Assembly (NCBI RefSeq): GCF_000039765.1
Contig: NC_004459.3
Span: forward strand, 690,001 to 722,000
DNA length: 32,000 bases
Direction of reading: 5' to 3'
DNA from: Vibrio vulnificus CMCP6
GTDB lineage: Bacteria; Pseudomonadota; Gammaproteobacteria; Enterobacterales; Vibrionaceae
Under the pieces are notes generated by a model, which was given only the letters and a program-made list of their open reading frames with translations, ran no database searches and was not told the DNA's origin. Below, one piece after another: positions 22,695 through 32,000 of the stretch (positions are counted from its first letter, which is position 1; each line of letters begins with the position of its first letter). The position numbers were made by a program, and so were the translations under genes.

Positions 22695-22982
22695 ATGCAA
22701 ATCAATATTCAAGGCCATCATGTTGATCTTACCGATTCAATGCAGGACTATGTTCACACCAAGTTTGACAAACTTGAACGATTTTTTGATCACATCAATA
22801 GCATACAAGTTGTACTTAAAGTTGAAAAAATTCACCAGATCGCGGAAGCTACGCTCCACGTCAATCAAGGTGAAATTCACGCCTCCTCTGACGATGAGAA
22901 CATGTACGCCGCGATTGATTCGCTGGTGGATAAACTGGTTCGCCAGTTGAACAAACACAAAGAAAAACTACACAGTCATTAA
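22695..22982 (+). CDS. hpf: Ribosome hibernation-promoting factor (short HPF)
   Basis: MQINIQGHHVDLTDSMQDYVHTKFDKLERFFDHI...; position between rpoN and ptsN. Confidence 0.96.
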   Translation: MQINIQGHHVDLTDSMQDYVHTKFDKLERFFDHINSIQVVLKVEKIHQIAEATLHVNQGEIHASSDDENMYAAIDSLVDKLVRQLNKHKEKLHSH

Positions 22983-22984
22983 CC

Positions 22985-23431
22985 ATGCAACTTAGCACAA
23001 TACTTTCTCTGGACTGCACCAAAAGTGCAGTCCAGTGTTCTAGCAAAAAACGCGCACTAGAAATCATCAGTAACTTGGTCGCAGAGCACACAGGCCAAGA
23101 TTCCACCGAACTCTTTGAATGTATGCTTAGCCGCGAGAAAATGGGCAGTACCGGTATCGGCAATGGTATTGCGATTCCACACGCGCGCATGACCGCCGCA
23201 GACAAAGCTGTCGCCGTTCTTTTGCAATGTGAAGAACCGATCGATTTTGATTCGATTGATAACCGTCCTGTGGATCTCCTTTTTGCTTTATTGGTCCCAG
23301 AAGAGCAGTGTAAAGAGCACCTAAAAACGCTTTCGTCGATGGCAGAGCGCCTCAGCGACAAGCAAGTTCTGAAGTTGCTGCGCGCAGCGCAAAGCGATCA
23401 AGAACTGTACGACATCATGACCAATCAGTAA
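22985..23431 (+). CDS. ptsN: PTS IIA-like nitrogen regulatory protein PtsN
   Basis: GIGNGIAIPHARM active-site region; operon context. Confidence 0.97.
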   Translation: MQLSTILSLDCTKSAVQCSSKKRALEIISNLVAEHTGQDSTELFECMLSREKMGSTGIGNGIAIPHARMTAADKAVAVLLQCEEPIDFDSIDNRPVDLLFALLVPEEQCKEHLKTLSSMAERLSDKQVLKLLRAAQSDQELYDIMTNQ

Positions 23432-23443
23432 CGGAAACCAACC

Positions 23444-24307
23444 ATGCGTCTTATTGTAGTGAGTGGGCACTCCGGTGCAGGGAAAAGTGTCGCGCTACGT
23501 GTGTTAGAAGATATGGGTTACTACTGCGTAGATAATCTCCCGGTTAACCTGCTGGAATCTTTCATACAATCAGTTTCGGAAAGTAAACAGAATGTCGCGG
23601 TCAGTATTGACGTTCGCAACATTCCGAAGAAACTGAAAGAGCTGACAACAACGCTACAAAAGCTGAAATCCAGCATTGACCTTTCGATTCTCTTTTTAGA
23701 TGCGGATAAAGCTACCCTTCTCAAACGCTACAGTGAGACTCGCCGTGTTCACCCTCTTTCTCTAAGTGATGAGTGCCATACCCTAGATCAAGCGATCGAC
23801 CTTGAGAAAAAAATGCTCAAGCCATTGAAAGAGATCGCCGATATCTTACTCAACAGCAGCAACCAATCACTGCACGATCTCAGTGAAGACGTACGCTACC
23901 GAATTGAAGGAAAAGAGCGTAATAAGCTCATCATGGTGTTCGAGTCTTTTGGCTTCAAATTTGGTTTACCAACAGACGCTGACTACGTGTTTGACGTCCG
24001 CTTTCTGCCCAACCCTCATTGGGAACCTGCGTTGCGTCCGATGACGGGGTTGGATGCGCCCATCAAAACCTTCTTAGAAAGCCATGATGAAGTGTTAGAA
24101 CTCAAAAGGCAGATTCAAACGTTTATAGAGCATTGGTTGCCTTTGCTGGAAAAAAACAATCGCAGCTATTTAACCGTGGCGATTGGCTGTACGGGAGGGA
24201 AACATCGCTCCGTCTACTTAACTCAGCAAATCGGCGAATATTTCGCAGCGATGGGGCACACCGTTAAGATCCGCCACACCACTTTGGAAAAACGCAACAA
24301 GGAATAG
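23444..24307 (+). CDS. rapZ: RNase adapter protein RapZ
   Basis: [29 protein letters not shown] and C-terminal [11 protein letters not shown]. Confidence 0.98.
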
Positions 24308-24309
24308 CC

Positions 24310-24585
24310 GTGGAACTCAGCCGCAAAGTACTCATACAGAATCGACTTGGCTTGCACGCTCGTGCTGCCGTCAAATTGGTAGAACTGGCACAAAGCTTTG
24401 CCGCCGAAGTCACCATCGACAACGAAGAAGACAAAACCGCCGCGGCTGACAGCGTGATGGGGCTACTCATGCTTGAGTCTGCACAAGGGCAATATGTGAC
24501 CATTCATGCCAGCGGAGAACAGGCAGAACAAGCCCTGGACGCCATTTGTCATCTTATCGAAGATAAGTTTGAAGAAGGCGAATAG
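24310..24585 (+). CDS. npr: Phosphocarrier protein NPr
   Basis: HPr-like: [20 protein letters not shown] with active-site His. Confidence 0.96.
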   Translation: MELSRKVLIQNRLGLHARAAVKLVELAQSFAAEVTIDNEEDKTAAADSVMGLLMLESAQGQYVTIHASGEQAEQALDAICHLIEDKFEEGE

Positions 24586-24593
24586 CCTTCTTC
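24571..24593 (+). terminator. Hairpin overlapping the npr stop codon
   Basis: GAAGAAGGC-gaata-GCCTTCTTC perfect 9 bp stem, weak T content downstream. Confidence 0.5.
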
Positions 24594-24799
24594 ACTTTCA
24601 CACTCTGCACACTTTCCCCGTCACGAATCATCACAACTGCTATTCTTTTCATAGCCAAGGTTACTCAGTAAACCAATTGTTTCTTTGGAAGAAATACTGA
24701 CAGAGTTTTGTCGAGCGAGCATGCTTTCTCGGGTTACTTGTGTGGCGAATTAAGTTATTATTCAACACATTGTAAATATCTAGGAATCAGGGGGTCACC

Positions 24800-26155
24800 G
24801 TGGCAGAGCAAATTGAATTCGACCAAGCTCACCAAGCCCTCCAGGAAGTTTCTGAAGCGCTCGAAAATGGCCGCTTCGTTCACGTCCGCCGTCAGCTTCA
24901 GGACATGGAGCCTGAAGATATTGCCCATCTACTTGAAGCATCCCCGCGTAAAAGCCGCGAAGTCTTATGGCAACTTACCGACCCTGAGGATTATGGTGAA
25001 ATCCTTGACGAGCTGAGTGAAGACGTCAAAGACAGCCTTGTCTCAAAAATGGCCCCCGAGGATCTCGCCGAAGCGACCGAAGGGATGGATACCGATGACG
25101 TTGCTTACGTTCTACGTAGCCTACCAGATAACGTTTCTCGTGAAGTACTGGCGCAAATGGACGCGGCGGATCGTCTGCGCGTGGAAACCGCGCTGTCCTA
25201 TTCTGAGGACACGGCCGGTGGCTTGATGAACACCGACGTGATCACCATTCGTGGTGATGTTGATGTCGATGTAGTCCTGCGTTACTTACGTATGAAAGGC
25301 GAGCTGCCGGAAAACACCGATGCACTTTACGTGATTGACGAAGAGAGCCGTTTAATTGGCGAGCTGCCTATCTCTATCCTCATCACCACCCAACCTGATG
25401 TCAAAGTCAGCGAAGTGATGGAAGATGTGGATGACGCCATTGCGGTCACCACCAGTGACTCAGATGTGGCTAGCCTGTTTGAACGTCGAAACTGGATCTC
25501 CGCCCCCGTCATTGATGAAAACCAACATCTGGTTGGTCGTATCACCATCGATGACGTCGTCGACGTTATTCGTGAAGATGCCGAACACTCCATGATGAGT
25601 ATGGCGGGTTTGAATGACGACGAAGATACCTTTGCTCCCGTGGTTAAATCGGCGCGTAAACGCAGTATTTGGCTCGGGGCGAATGTGCTTGCCGCCTTAG
25701 CAGCCGCATCGGTTTCCAACATGTTTGAAGCAACCCTTGATCAGATGGCAGCCATTGCGGTATTGATGACCATTGTTCCCTCCATGGGCGGCGTGGCAGG
25801 CAACCAAACGGTCGCACTGGTGATCCGTGGTTTGGCTCTGGGCCATATCGGTGATGCCAACAAACGCGAACTGTTGATGAAAGAAGCGGCGATCGGTTTT
25901 CTCAACGGCGTATTATGGGCGTTAATCATCGGTGGTATCGTGGTGGCTTGGAAAGGTAACTGGCTACTCGGCGGCATCATTTCCGCCGCAATGATGACCA
26001 ACTTAATTGTCGCGGGCATCGCCGGGGTAACCATCCCTATCCTGCTCAAGAAGATGAATATTGACCCTGCCTTGGCGGGCGGTATGGCGCTGACCACCGT
26101 CACTGATGTGATTGGTTTATCGGTGTTTTTAGGCCTTGCCACCATTTTGATTTAA
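24800..26155 (+). CDS. mgtE: Magnesium transporter MgtE
   Basis: N-domain plus CBS pair plus five-TM transport domain with ALAGGMALTTVTDVIGL. Confidence 0.95.
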   Translation: MAEQIEFDQAHQALQEVSEALENGRFVHVRRQLQDMEPEDIAHLLEASPRKSREVLWQLTDPEDYGEILDELSEDVKDSLVSKMAPEDLAEATEGMDTDDVAYVLRSLPDNVSREVLAQMDAADRLRVETALSYSEDTAGGLMNTDVITIRGDVDVDVVLRYLRMKGELPENTDALYVIDEESRLIGELPISILITTQPDVKVSEVMEDVDDAIAVTTSDSDVASLFERRNWISAPVIDENQHLVGRITIDDVVDVIREDAEHSMMSMAGLNDDEDTFAPVVKSARKRSIWLGANVLAALAAASVSNMFEATLDQMAAIAVLMTIVPSMGGVAGNQTVALVIRGLALGHIGDANKRELLMKEAAIGFLNGVLWALIIGGIVVAWKGNWLLGGIISAAMMTNLIVAGIAGVTIPILLKKMNIDPALAGGMALTTVTDVIGLSVFLGLATILI

Positions 26156-26197
26156 CGACCTGACGCTATCAAAATGAAAGCAGAATAGAAACGAAAC

Positions 26198-26228
26198 AAA
26201 AAAGGTTGCTTACTGAGCAACCTTTTTT
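26198..26228 (+). terminator. Bidirectional rho-independent terminator between convergent mgtE and pmbA
   Basis: AAAAAAGGTTGCT-tactg-AGCAACCTTTTTT 13 bp perfect stem. Confidence 0.9.
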
Positions 26229-26256
26229 CATCTCTTAACGAATGCCGCAATCGCGG

Positions 26257-27600
26257 TTATTCTCCCGCAATCTTCATCGATGGCAACAAAATAGAACCGG
26301 TTTGAATTTGTGAGCGCGTCTCTACATCGCTACCAACGGCAACGATTTGCTGGAACATCTCTTTCAAATTACCCGCAATGGTGATTTCTGACACTGGGAA
26401 TTGCAACTCGCCATTTTCCACCCAGAAACCCGCCGCGCCACGCGAATAATCGCCGGTCACCACATTCACACCTTGACCCATCACTTCGGTCACAAGTAAA
26501 CCCGTACCCAGCTCTTTGAGCATCTGTTGGAAATCTTGCCCTGTCGATTGCACAAACCAGTTGTGGATACCACCAGCATGCCCCGTTGGCGCCATATTCA
26601 TTTTACGCGCAGCGTAACTGGTGAGCAGATAAGTGGCGAGCACACCATCGGTGATGATTTCACGATCTTGCGTGTAAACCCCTTCGCTGTCGAATGGGCT
26701 TGATGCCAAACCACGCAGAATATGCGGGCGCTCAGAGATATTGAACCACTCTGGCAGCACTTGTTTGCCCAAATGATCAAGCAAGAAAGACGATTTGCGA
26801 TACAAGTTACCGCCACTGATCGCCATCACTAAATGACCGATAAGCCCGGTTGCCACATCCGCGGCAAACATCACCGGGTATTTGCCCGTTTTTAGCTTGC
26901 GGGCATCTAAACGTTCAATGGTTTTTTGCGCCGCTTCGCGACCGACTTGTTCAGGACGCCACATGTCATCACGATGACGGGCGACAGTGTAGCTGTAGTC
27001 ACGCTCCATTTCGCCATTTTTGCCTTCACCAATCACACAACAACTGATGCTATGGCGACTCGAGGCATAACTTGCCAATAAGCCGTGACTGTTGCCGTAG
27101 ACGCGAACGCCGTAATGGCTGTCGTAACTCGCGCCATCACTCTGCTTAATTTTATCGCTGTAGTTAAGCGCATGCTCTTCAGCAGCAATGGCCATTTTCG
27201 CCGCATAATCGGGATCGGGCGTATCTGGATGGAAGAGATCCAAATCCGGAATCTCTTTCACCATCAACTCAGCTGGAGCAGGCCCAGCACAGGGATCTTC
27301 TGACGTGTATTGCGCAATATCCAAGGCCGCCAAGACAGTCTGTTCAATCGCTTTTTCACTGAGATCCGATGTCGACGCGCTGCCTTTACGCTGACCACGA
27401 TAAACCGTAATGCCTAAAGCGCCATCACTGTTAAACTCGACGTTTTCTACTTCACACATGCGAGTCGAAACACTTAAGCCCGTGGTTTTGTTGATCGCAA
27501 CTTCAGCACCATCGCTATGTTGCGCTGCCAGCGCGAGCGCTTTGGCAACCGCGGCTTCGAGCTCAACTCTTTGCTGAGCAACTTGCTGTTTTACATCCAT
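26257..27600 (-). CDS. pmbA: Metalloprotease PmbA (TldE)
   Basis: PmbA/TldE family sequence ([19 protein letters not shown]..., [32 protein letters not shown]). Confidence 0.95.
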   Translation of the reverse strand: MDVKQQVAQQRVELEAAVAKALALAAQHSDGAEVAINKTTGLSVSTRMCEVENVEFNSDGALGITVYRGQRKGSASTSDLSEKAIEQTVLAALDIAQYTSEDPCAGPAPAELMVKEIPDLDLFHPDTPDPDYAAKMAIAAEEHALNYSDKIKQSDGASYDSHYGVRVYGNSHGLLASYASSRHSISCCVIGEGKNGEMERDYSYTVARHRDDMWRPEQVGREAAQKTIERLDARKLKTGKYPVMFAADVATGLIGHLVMAISGGNLYRKSSFLLDHLGKQVLPEWFNISERPHILRGLASSPFDSEGVYTQDREIITDGVLATYLLTSYAARKMNMAPTGHAGGIHNWFVQSTGQDFQQMLKELGTGLLVTEVMGQGVNVVTGDYSRGAAGFWVENGELQFPVSEITIAGNLKEMFQQIVAVGSDVETRSQIQTGSILLPSMKIAGE

Positions 27601-27717
27601 ATCTCAATCATCTTTGATTTGTAATGGCATAAGAATAACAAGAATTTCGCTTTCTCCCCACGATTCTTGTTAAAATAGGGCTAATCTTATTTTGAGAAAG
27701 TGATATAGGCAGAAAAG

Positions 27718-28275
27718 ATGGCCCGTAAAAACCAAAAAGCGCCATGGGAACCTGAAGAAGAGTACATCCTAGTCAGCAAGTCTGAAATGAAGCGTGATAT
27801 GGACGCGCTACAGAAGTTGGGTGAAGAGCTAGTGGAACTCAAACCTTCGGTATTGGCTAAGTTCCCAATCAGCGAAGAGTTACTTGATGCAATCAAAGAT
27901 GCGCAGCGTTTCAAAAACGAAGCCCGTCGTCGCCAGTTGCAATACATTGGTAAAGTGATGCGCCAAGAAGATCCAGAGCCAATTCAAGCGGCGCTGGACA
28001 AAATCCGTAACAAGCACTCGCAAAACACCGCCGTGCTACACAAGCTAGAAACGCTGCGTGAACGTATTGTTGAGCAAGGTGACAGTGCAATTGATGATGT
28101 GGTTGCCCTTTACCCTGATGCGGATCGTCAACGCCTACGCCAGCTAGCACGTATGGCGACGAAAGAGAAGCAAGCGAATAAGCCGCCAAAGGCCTACCGT
28201 GAAATCTTCCAAATCTTAAAACAGCTTAATGATGATGCGGTTTCAGACTCGATCGAAAACGAGCTAAAACAGTAA
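27718..28275 (+). CDS. darP: Ribosome biogenesis factor YjgA/DarP (DUF615)
   Basis: [28 protein letters not shown]... and [13 protein letters not shown]; divergent from pmbA as in enterobacteria. Confidence 0.94.
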
Positions 28276-28301
28276 TAGCAACGCTGTAAAACATAAAAAA
28301 C

Positions 28302-28326
28302 AAAGGTTGGCTCACTGCCAACCTTT
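28302..28326 (+). terminator. Bidirectional terminator between convergent darP and thiQ
   Basis: AAAGGTTGGC-tcact-GCCAACCTTT followed by T run. Confidence 0.85.
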
Positions 28327-28368
28327 TTTATCTCTGCACCACAACAGATCGTTGCCGCCTTTTATCTA

Positions 28369-29073
28369 TCATACTGCAGCTTGGAAAAACTCTACCAACT
28401 CTGGATGGCTATGCTTTTCATTGAGGCTCGCAATAGGCCCATGCGCGGCAATGGTGCCCTTGTCTATGTAGGCAAAGTGGCTAGCAATGGCACGTGCATC
28501 ACTTAAATGATGCGTCACCATCAAGACCGTAATGGCGCGCTCTTGCGCCAGCTGTTTGACGAGCGAGAGCATTTCGTCACGCAAGACTGGATCGAGCGCG
28601 GAAAACGGCTCATCCAGTAACCAAATTGGGTTGGGCTGGACAAAACAACGCGCAAGGGCCACTCGCTGTCGCTGACCACCAGAGAGCTGTTCAGGCAGCC
28701 GATCTAAATAGGCTTCAATGCCAACCTGCTTTGCCGCTTGCTCCACTTGCTTTTGTTGCTGCGACGTCAGTTTCAAACCGGGATGCAATCCCAACGCAAT
28801 GTTGTCGCGCACCGTGAGATGAGCAAACAAATTGTGTTCTTGAAACAACATCGAGAAAGGACGCTGCGCTGGAGAAAGCGTATTGAGCAAACGCCCATCC
28901 AATGCCATTTGGCCCGACTGAGGCGCAATGAACCCCGCCAGCAGCGCCAGCAAGGTGGACTTTCCTGCCCCACTTGGCCCCATCAACGCCACAATACTGC
29001 CTGCTTCTACCTCTAAATCAAAAGCAAACAGATCTTGATGATAATAATAATGCACCTGTTGCAGCGTTAGCAT
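28369..29073 (-). CDS. thiQ: Thiamine/TPP ABC transporter ATP-binding protein
   Basis: GPSGAGKST, LSGGQRQRVALARC, LLDEPFSALDP; third gene of thiB-thiP-thiQ. Confidence 0.94.
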   Translation of the reverse strand: MLTLQQVHYYYHQDLFAFDLEVEAGSIVALMGPSGAGKSTLLALLAGFIAPQSGQMALDGRLLNTLSPAQRPFSMLFQEHNLFAHLTVRDNIALGLHPGLKLTSQQQKQVEQAAKQVGIEAYLDRLPEQLSGGQRQRVALARCFVQPNPIWLLDEPFSALDPVLRDEMLSLVKQLAQERAITVLMVTHHLSDARAIASHFAYIDKGTIAAHGPIASLNEKHSHPELVEFFQAAV

Positions 29074-30674
29074 GGCGCCTTCTCCTGATGTTGATTCGAT
29101 TTGCTGCTGAGTAAGGACTCACTCAGGGCAAAACAGCCGACACTCAGCAGCAATAACGTGAGTGACACCACAGCTGCTGCCTCCATTTGATAACTGCCGA
29201 GTAACTGGTACAGATAGAGCGGTAGGGTACGAAAATCTTGACTACCAAATAAGGCAATCGCGCTCAAATCGCCAATGGAAAACATAAAACAGAGCGCAAA
29301 CGCATTGGCGAAAGGTTTACGCAGTGCTCGCCACTCAACGATTTTAAAACGATTCCACCCGCTTAAGCCCAATGTAGCAGCCAAGTATTGATACTGCTGC
29401 TCGCAATGCAACATCGGCTGAGCGAGCGTTTTGATGGCGTACGGTAATGCCATCAAACTGTTGACGATGATGACGATCAACAGCGACAAACTGAACACAT
29501 CTGCAAAACTGCGCAGCAATAAAAACAGCCCCGTACTCACCACCAAACCTGGCGTCACCAAGATGATGGTGCCCACCATCTCAATGCCGTCTGCAGGGTA
29601 TCGCAGACCACGCAACCGCCATGCACGACTGGTGAGCAAAATAGCAATCGCCGCGCCCACGGCTAACGTGGCGGCGCCAAACGCTACACGTAACGAGGCC
29701 CCCAGAGCGGACCAAAATCGGCCATCACTGATCACGTCGGGGAGCTTGCTGTTTATCCCGCTGGCCACCACAAACAGTAGCGGCGGAACCACCAGCAGCG
29801 TCGCCAGTGCTATCCACGCATAATCCCACATAAAATGACGCTTAGAAGCTGGGGTTAACTGAACGAAGCGGGTATGGCTGCCAACCGAGACAGGCAGCGG
29901 TTTAGTCAATCGCTGCAGCGCCAACACCAGCAAGCTACACAATAGCATTTGCCAGATCGCCAGTAGCGCTCCAGCTTGTAAGTCAAAATCAAATTTTATC
30001 GCTTGGTAGATAGCCAGCTCGATGGTGGTCGATTTTGGGCCGCCACCGAGGGCCATGACCGTGGCAAAGCTGGTGAAGCAAAGCATGAACACCAAGCCAC
30101 ACACATGTGGCAGTTGCTGGCGCAATCGCGGCCATTCGACCCAACGAAACTTCTGCCAGCTGTTCATACCAAGATGAGCCGCCAATTTGTGCTGCTCTGC
30201 CGGAATCGACTCTAAGGTTTGCAGCAGCAATCGCGCTGCATACGGCAAATTGAAAAACACGTGCGCGAGCAAAATGCCGCTCAATCCGTAGATCGAAAAG
30301 GGCAATTTGGCGTCAAAGCTCGCCAATACACTTGCCAACCAACCACTGTTCCCATAAATGGCCAACAAGCCAAACACGCCTACCAATACTGGCAGCACTA
30401 AAGTTGACGCAAACAATTTGAGCAATAGCGAGCGGCCAACAAAAAGTCGCCGAGACAAGGCGTGTGCGACAGGAAGCGCCAAACCGACACTCAGCAGCAT
30501 CGACAGCGTCGCTTGAAGAAAACTAAATTGCGTAACATGCCGGTAATAAGGATCTTGCCATACCGCCGTGAGATTCAGCGTCGGCGTCGCCAACAAGAGC
30601 GCCGAGAGAGCAGAAACAACAAAGGTCGCGATGATCATCGCGACCCCAATGCCCAATTTAGGAACCGAATTCAA
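29067..30674 (-). CDS. thiP: Thiamine/TPP ABC transporter permease
   Basis: 535 aa two-block binding-protein-dependent permease (NLPYAARLLLQTLESIPAEQHKLAAHLG; YPIK-type repeats), operon context. Confidence 0.94.
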   Translation of the reverse strand: MNSVPKLGIGVAMIIATFVVSALSALLLATPTLNLTAVWQDPYYRHVTQFSFLQATLSMLLSVGLALPVAHALSRRLFVGRSLLLKLFASTLVLPVLVGVFGLLAIYGNSGWLASVLASFDAKLPFSIYGLSGILLAHVFFNLPYAARLLLQTLESIPAEQHKLAAHLGMNSWQKFRWVEWPRLRQQLPHVCGLVFMLCFTSFATVMALGGGPKSTTIELAIYQAIKFDFDLQAGALLAIWQMLLCSLLVLALQRLTKPLPVSVGSHTRFVQLTPASKRHFMWDYAWIALATLLVVPPLLFVVASGINSKLPDVISDGRFWSALGASLRVAFGAATLAVGAAIAILLTSRAWRLRGLRYPADGIEMVGTIILVTPGLVVSTGLFLLLRSFADVFSLSLLIVIIVNSLMALPYAIKTLAQPMLHCEQQYQYLAATLGLSGWNRFKIVEWRALRKPFANAFALCFMFSIGDLSAIALFGSQDFRTLPLYLYQLLGSYQMEAAAVVSLTLLLLSVGCFALSESLLSSKSNQHQEKAPC

Positions 30675-30683
30675 TGCGACGCC

Positions 30684-31691
30684 TTAAAACGTCAACGCGC
30701 TTTGCCATTCGCGAATCCAAGCTTTACGCTGCTTCGCTACCTCTTCCGCACTGAAACTCAACGCCTTCTCAGGCACGGTTAAACTGCGGTAGCCCTCTGG
30801 CAGCGTCACGTTGGTCACTGGGTACATCCAGTTGCCCGTAGGCATTGCGCTTTGGAACTCATCACTCAAAATGAAACTCATAAACTGATCAGCCAGCGCT
30901 GAGTTCTGGCTACTTTTCACTTTTGCGGCGACTTCCACTTGCATGTAGTGTCCTTCACTAAAACCCGCCGCGGCATATTGCGCATCATTTTCGGCAATCA
31001 GGTGGTACGCAGGTGAGGTGGTGTAAGAGAGCACCATGTCCGATTCGCCTTTGAGGAACATCGAGTACGCTTCCGACCAACCTTTCGTGACCGTCACGGT
31101 TTTCTTCGCCAGTTGCTGCCATGCTCCAGCCACGTCATCGCCATACACTGACTTTATCCACAGCATCAAACCTTGACCGGGTGTTGAAGTGCGAGGGTCT
31201 TGGTAGATGACTTTCAGATCGTCGCGTGATTCCACCAGCTCTTTTAAGCTCTTGGGTGGATTCGCCAGTTTGCCTTTGTTGTAAACAAACGCAAAGTAAC
31301 CGTAGTCATAAGGAATAAACGTGTCGTCAGCCCAACCATTTGGCAATGACAGCGCTTGGGTGTTCACTTGATGTGGCGCCAGCAAACCTGTGGCTTTAGC
31401 TTCTGCCATCAAATTGTTATCCAAACCTAAAACAATATCCGCTTTGGTATTGCTGCCTTCTAAACGTAAGCGGTTGAGAATTGACACCCCATCGTCCAGC
31501 GCGACAAAATTCACATCGCAGCCGCACTGAGCTTCAAATGCTTTTTCGACTGTCGGGCCAGGGCCCCAATCGGAAGCAAAAGAATCGTAGGTATAAATGG
31601 TTAAGGTTTTGTCCGCCGCAAGTGCAGAAGAAGAGATGCCCATCATTGACGTGATTGACGCTAGGGCTATCAGGTTTAGAGTGTGTTTCAC
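30684..31691 (-). CDS. thiB: Thiamine ABC transporter substrate-binding protein
   Basis: KTLTIYTYDSFASDWGPGPTVEKAFEAQCGCDVNFVALDDGVSILNRLRLEG is ThiB-like; start chosen as GTG at 31691 because GGAG lies 8-9 nt upstream, while ATG at 31712 lacks an SD. Confidence 0.93.
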   Translation of the reverse strand: MKHTLNLIALASITSMMGISSSALAADKTLTIYTYDSFASDWGPGPTVEKAFEAQCGCDVNFVALDDGVSILNRLRLEGSNTKADIVLGLDNNLMAEAKATGLLAPHQVNTQALSLPNGWADDTFIPYDYGYFAFVYNKGKLANPPKSLKELVESRDDLKVIYQDPRTSTPGQGLMLWIKSVYGDDVAGAWQQLAKKTVTVTKGWSEAYSMFLKGESDMVLSYTTSPAYHLIAENDAQYAAAGFSEGHYMQVEVAAKVKSSQNSALADQFMSFILSDEFQSAMPTGNWMYPVTNVTLPEGYRSLTVPEKALSFSAEEVAKQRKAWIREWQSALTF

Positions 31692-31768
31692 TGCTCGCTC
31701 TCCATTTGGCATGAGTTGAGCGGCACAGGCTTGAGGTAGGTGTTAATCGTCCTTGCTAATTAATCCCG

Positions 31769-31879
31769 ACTCAATTCCTACGCCAGCATTATCTGGTTCA
31801 GGTTTACGGGTCCTAGGCCTTTGCCTAGTCTCAGCCACTGCGATGCAATAAAACACCACAGTTAAGCGCCCCGATGAGT
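31769..31879 (-). promoter_or_regulatory. TPP riboswitch (THI element) controlling thiBPQ
   Basis: Minus strand reads ACTCATCGGGGCGC...GGCTGAGACTAGGC...GGACCCGTAAACCTGAACCAGATAATGCTGGCGTAGGAATTGAGT, matching conserved CTGAGA / ACCCG / ACCTGA / CTGG.TAATGCCAGCGTAGG-type cores, with P1 ACTCA/TGAGT. Confidence 0.95.
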
Positions 31880-31886
31880 GGTTCGG

Positions 31887-31915
31887 ATTGTAATCGGAAT
31901 GATCTCTCTTGGCTA
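31887..31915 (-). promoter_or_regulatory. Candidate promoter for the riboswitch-thiBPQ transcript
   Basis: Minus strand TAGCCA (4/6 to -35), 17 bp, TACAAT (5/6 to -10), directly upstream of the riboswitch. Confidence 0.45.
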
Positions 31916-32000
31916 TACAGAGTCACCGTCATTGCGATGATCGTATCCCCAACGTGGCACCAAAACCTGTTCAATGCCGAGATGATCTAAGATACGCGCG
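31913..32000 (-). CDS. C-terminal fragment of an unidentified protein (runs off window)
   Basis: Open minus-strand frame from window edge ending in TAG: ...ARILDHLGIEQVLVPRWGYDHRNDGDSV*. Only 28 codons visible, family not assignable. Confidence 0.4.
   Translation of the reverse strand, partial: ARILDHLGIEQVLVPRWGYDHRNDGDSV

Noticed and set aside
22861-23361. 166 aa minus-strand ORF antisense to hpf/ptsN
   Set aside because: Spans two well-supported forward genes and has no recognisable domain; typical shadow ORF.
24594-24799. M-box riboswitch upstream of mgtE
   Set aside because: The conserved M-box sequence blocks could not be found by eye; kept only as an unexplained leader pending cmsearch.
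29431-29823. 130 aa plus-strand ORF antisense to thiP
   Set aside because: Shadow ORF in a conserved permease gene; no SD or family support noticed.
31692-31712. ATG at 31712 as the thiB start, as used in the ORF track
   Set aside because: No SD upstream; the GTG at 31691 has GGAG at suitable spacing and begins directly with the signal peptide (xKHTLNLIALASITSMMG).

Overview
This 32 kb window looks like core gammaproteobacterial chromosome. Protein sequences and gene order fit Vibrionaceae, probably Vibrio, but the species is an inference. The CDSs form recognisable housekeeping blocks: yjjB(partial)-yjjP; rplU-rpmA-cgtA; ispB; mdh; argR; a TAXI-type TRAP transporter pair plus a Usp-family gene; plsC; murA-ibaG-mlaBCDEF; yrbG-kdsD-kdsC-lptC-lptA-lptB-rpoN-hpf-ptsN-rapZ-npr; mgtE; pmbA; darP/yjgA; and thiB-thiP-thiQ behind a TPP riboswitch. 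I found no CRISPR array, mobile element, tRNA/rRNA, phage gene, toxin-antitoxin pair or defence-like cassette, and no convincing undescribed system. The items worth a second look are regulatory: the TPP riboswitch with an optional P3a stem and a plausible mutually exclusive SD-sequestering expression platform, a hairpin between the TAXI binding-protein and permease genes, a CRP-like palindrome and long leader upstream of that operon, a PDZ-like C-terminal extension on the TRAP permease, a strong rplU promoter with a GC-rich discriminator, a hairpin spanning the npr stop codon, and an unexplained leader before mgtE.
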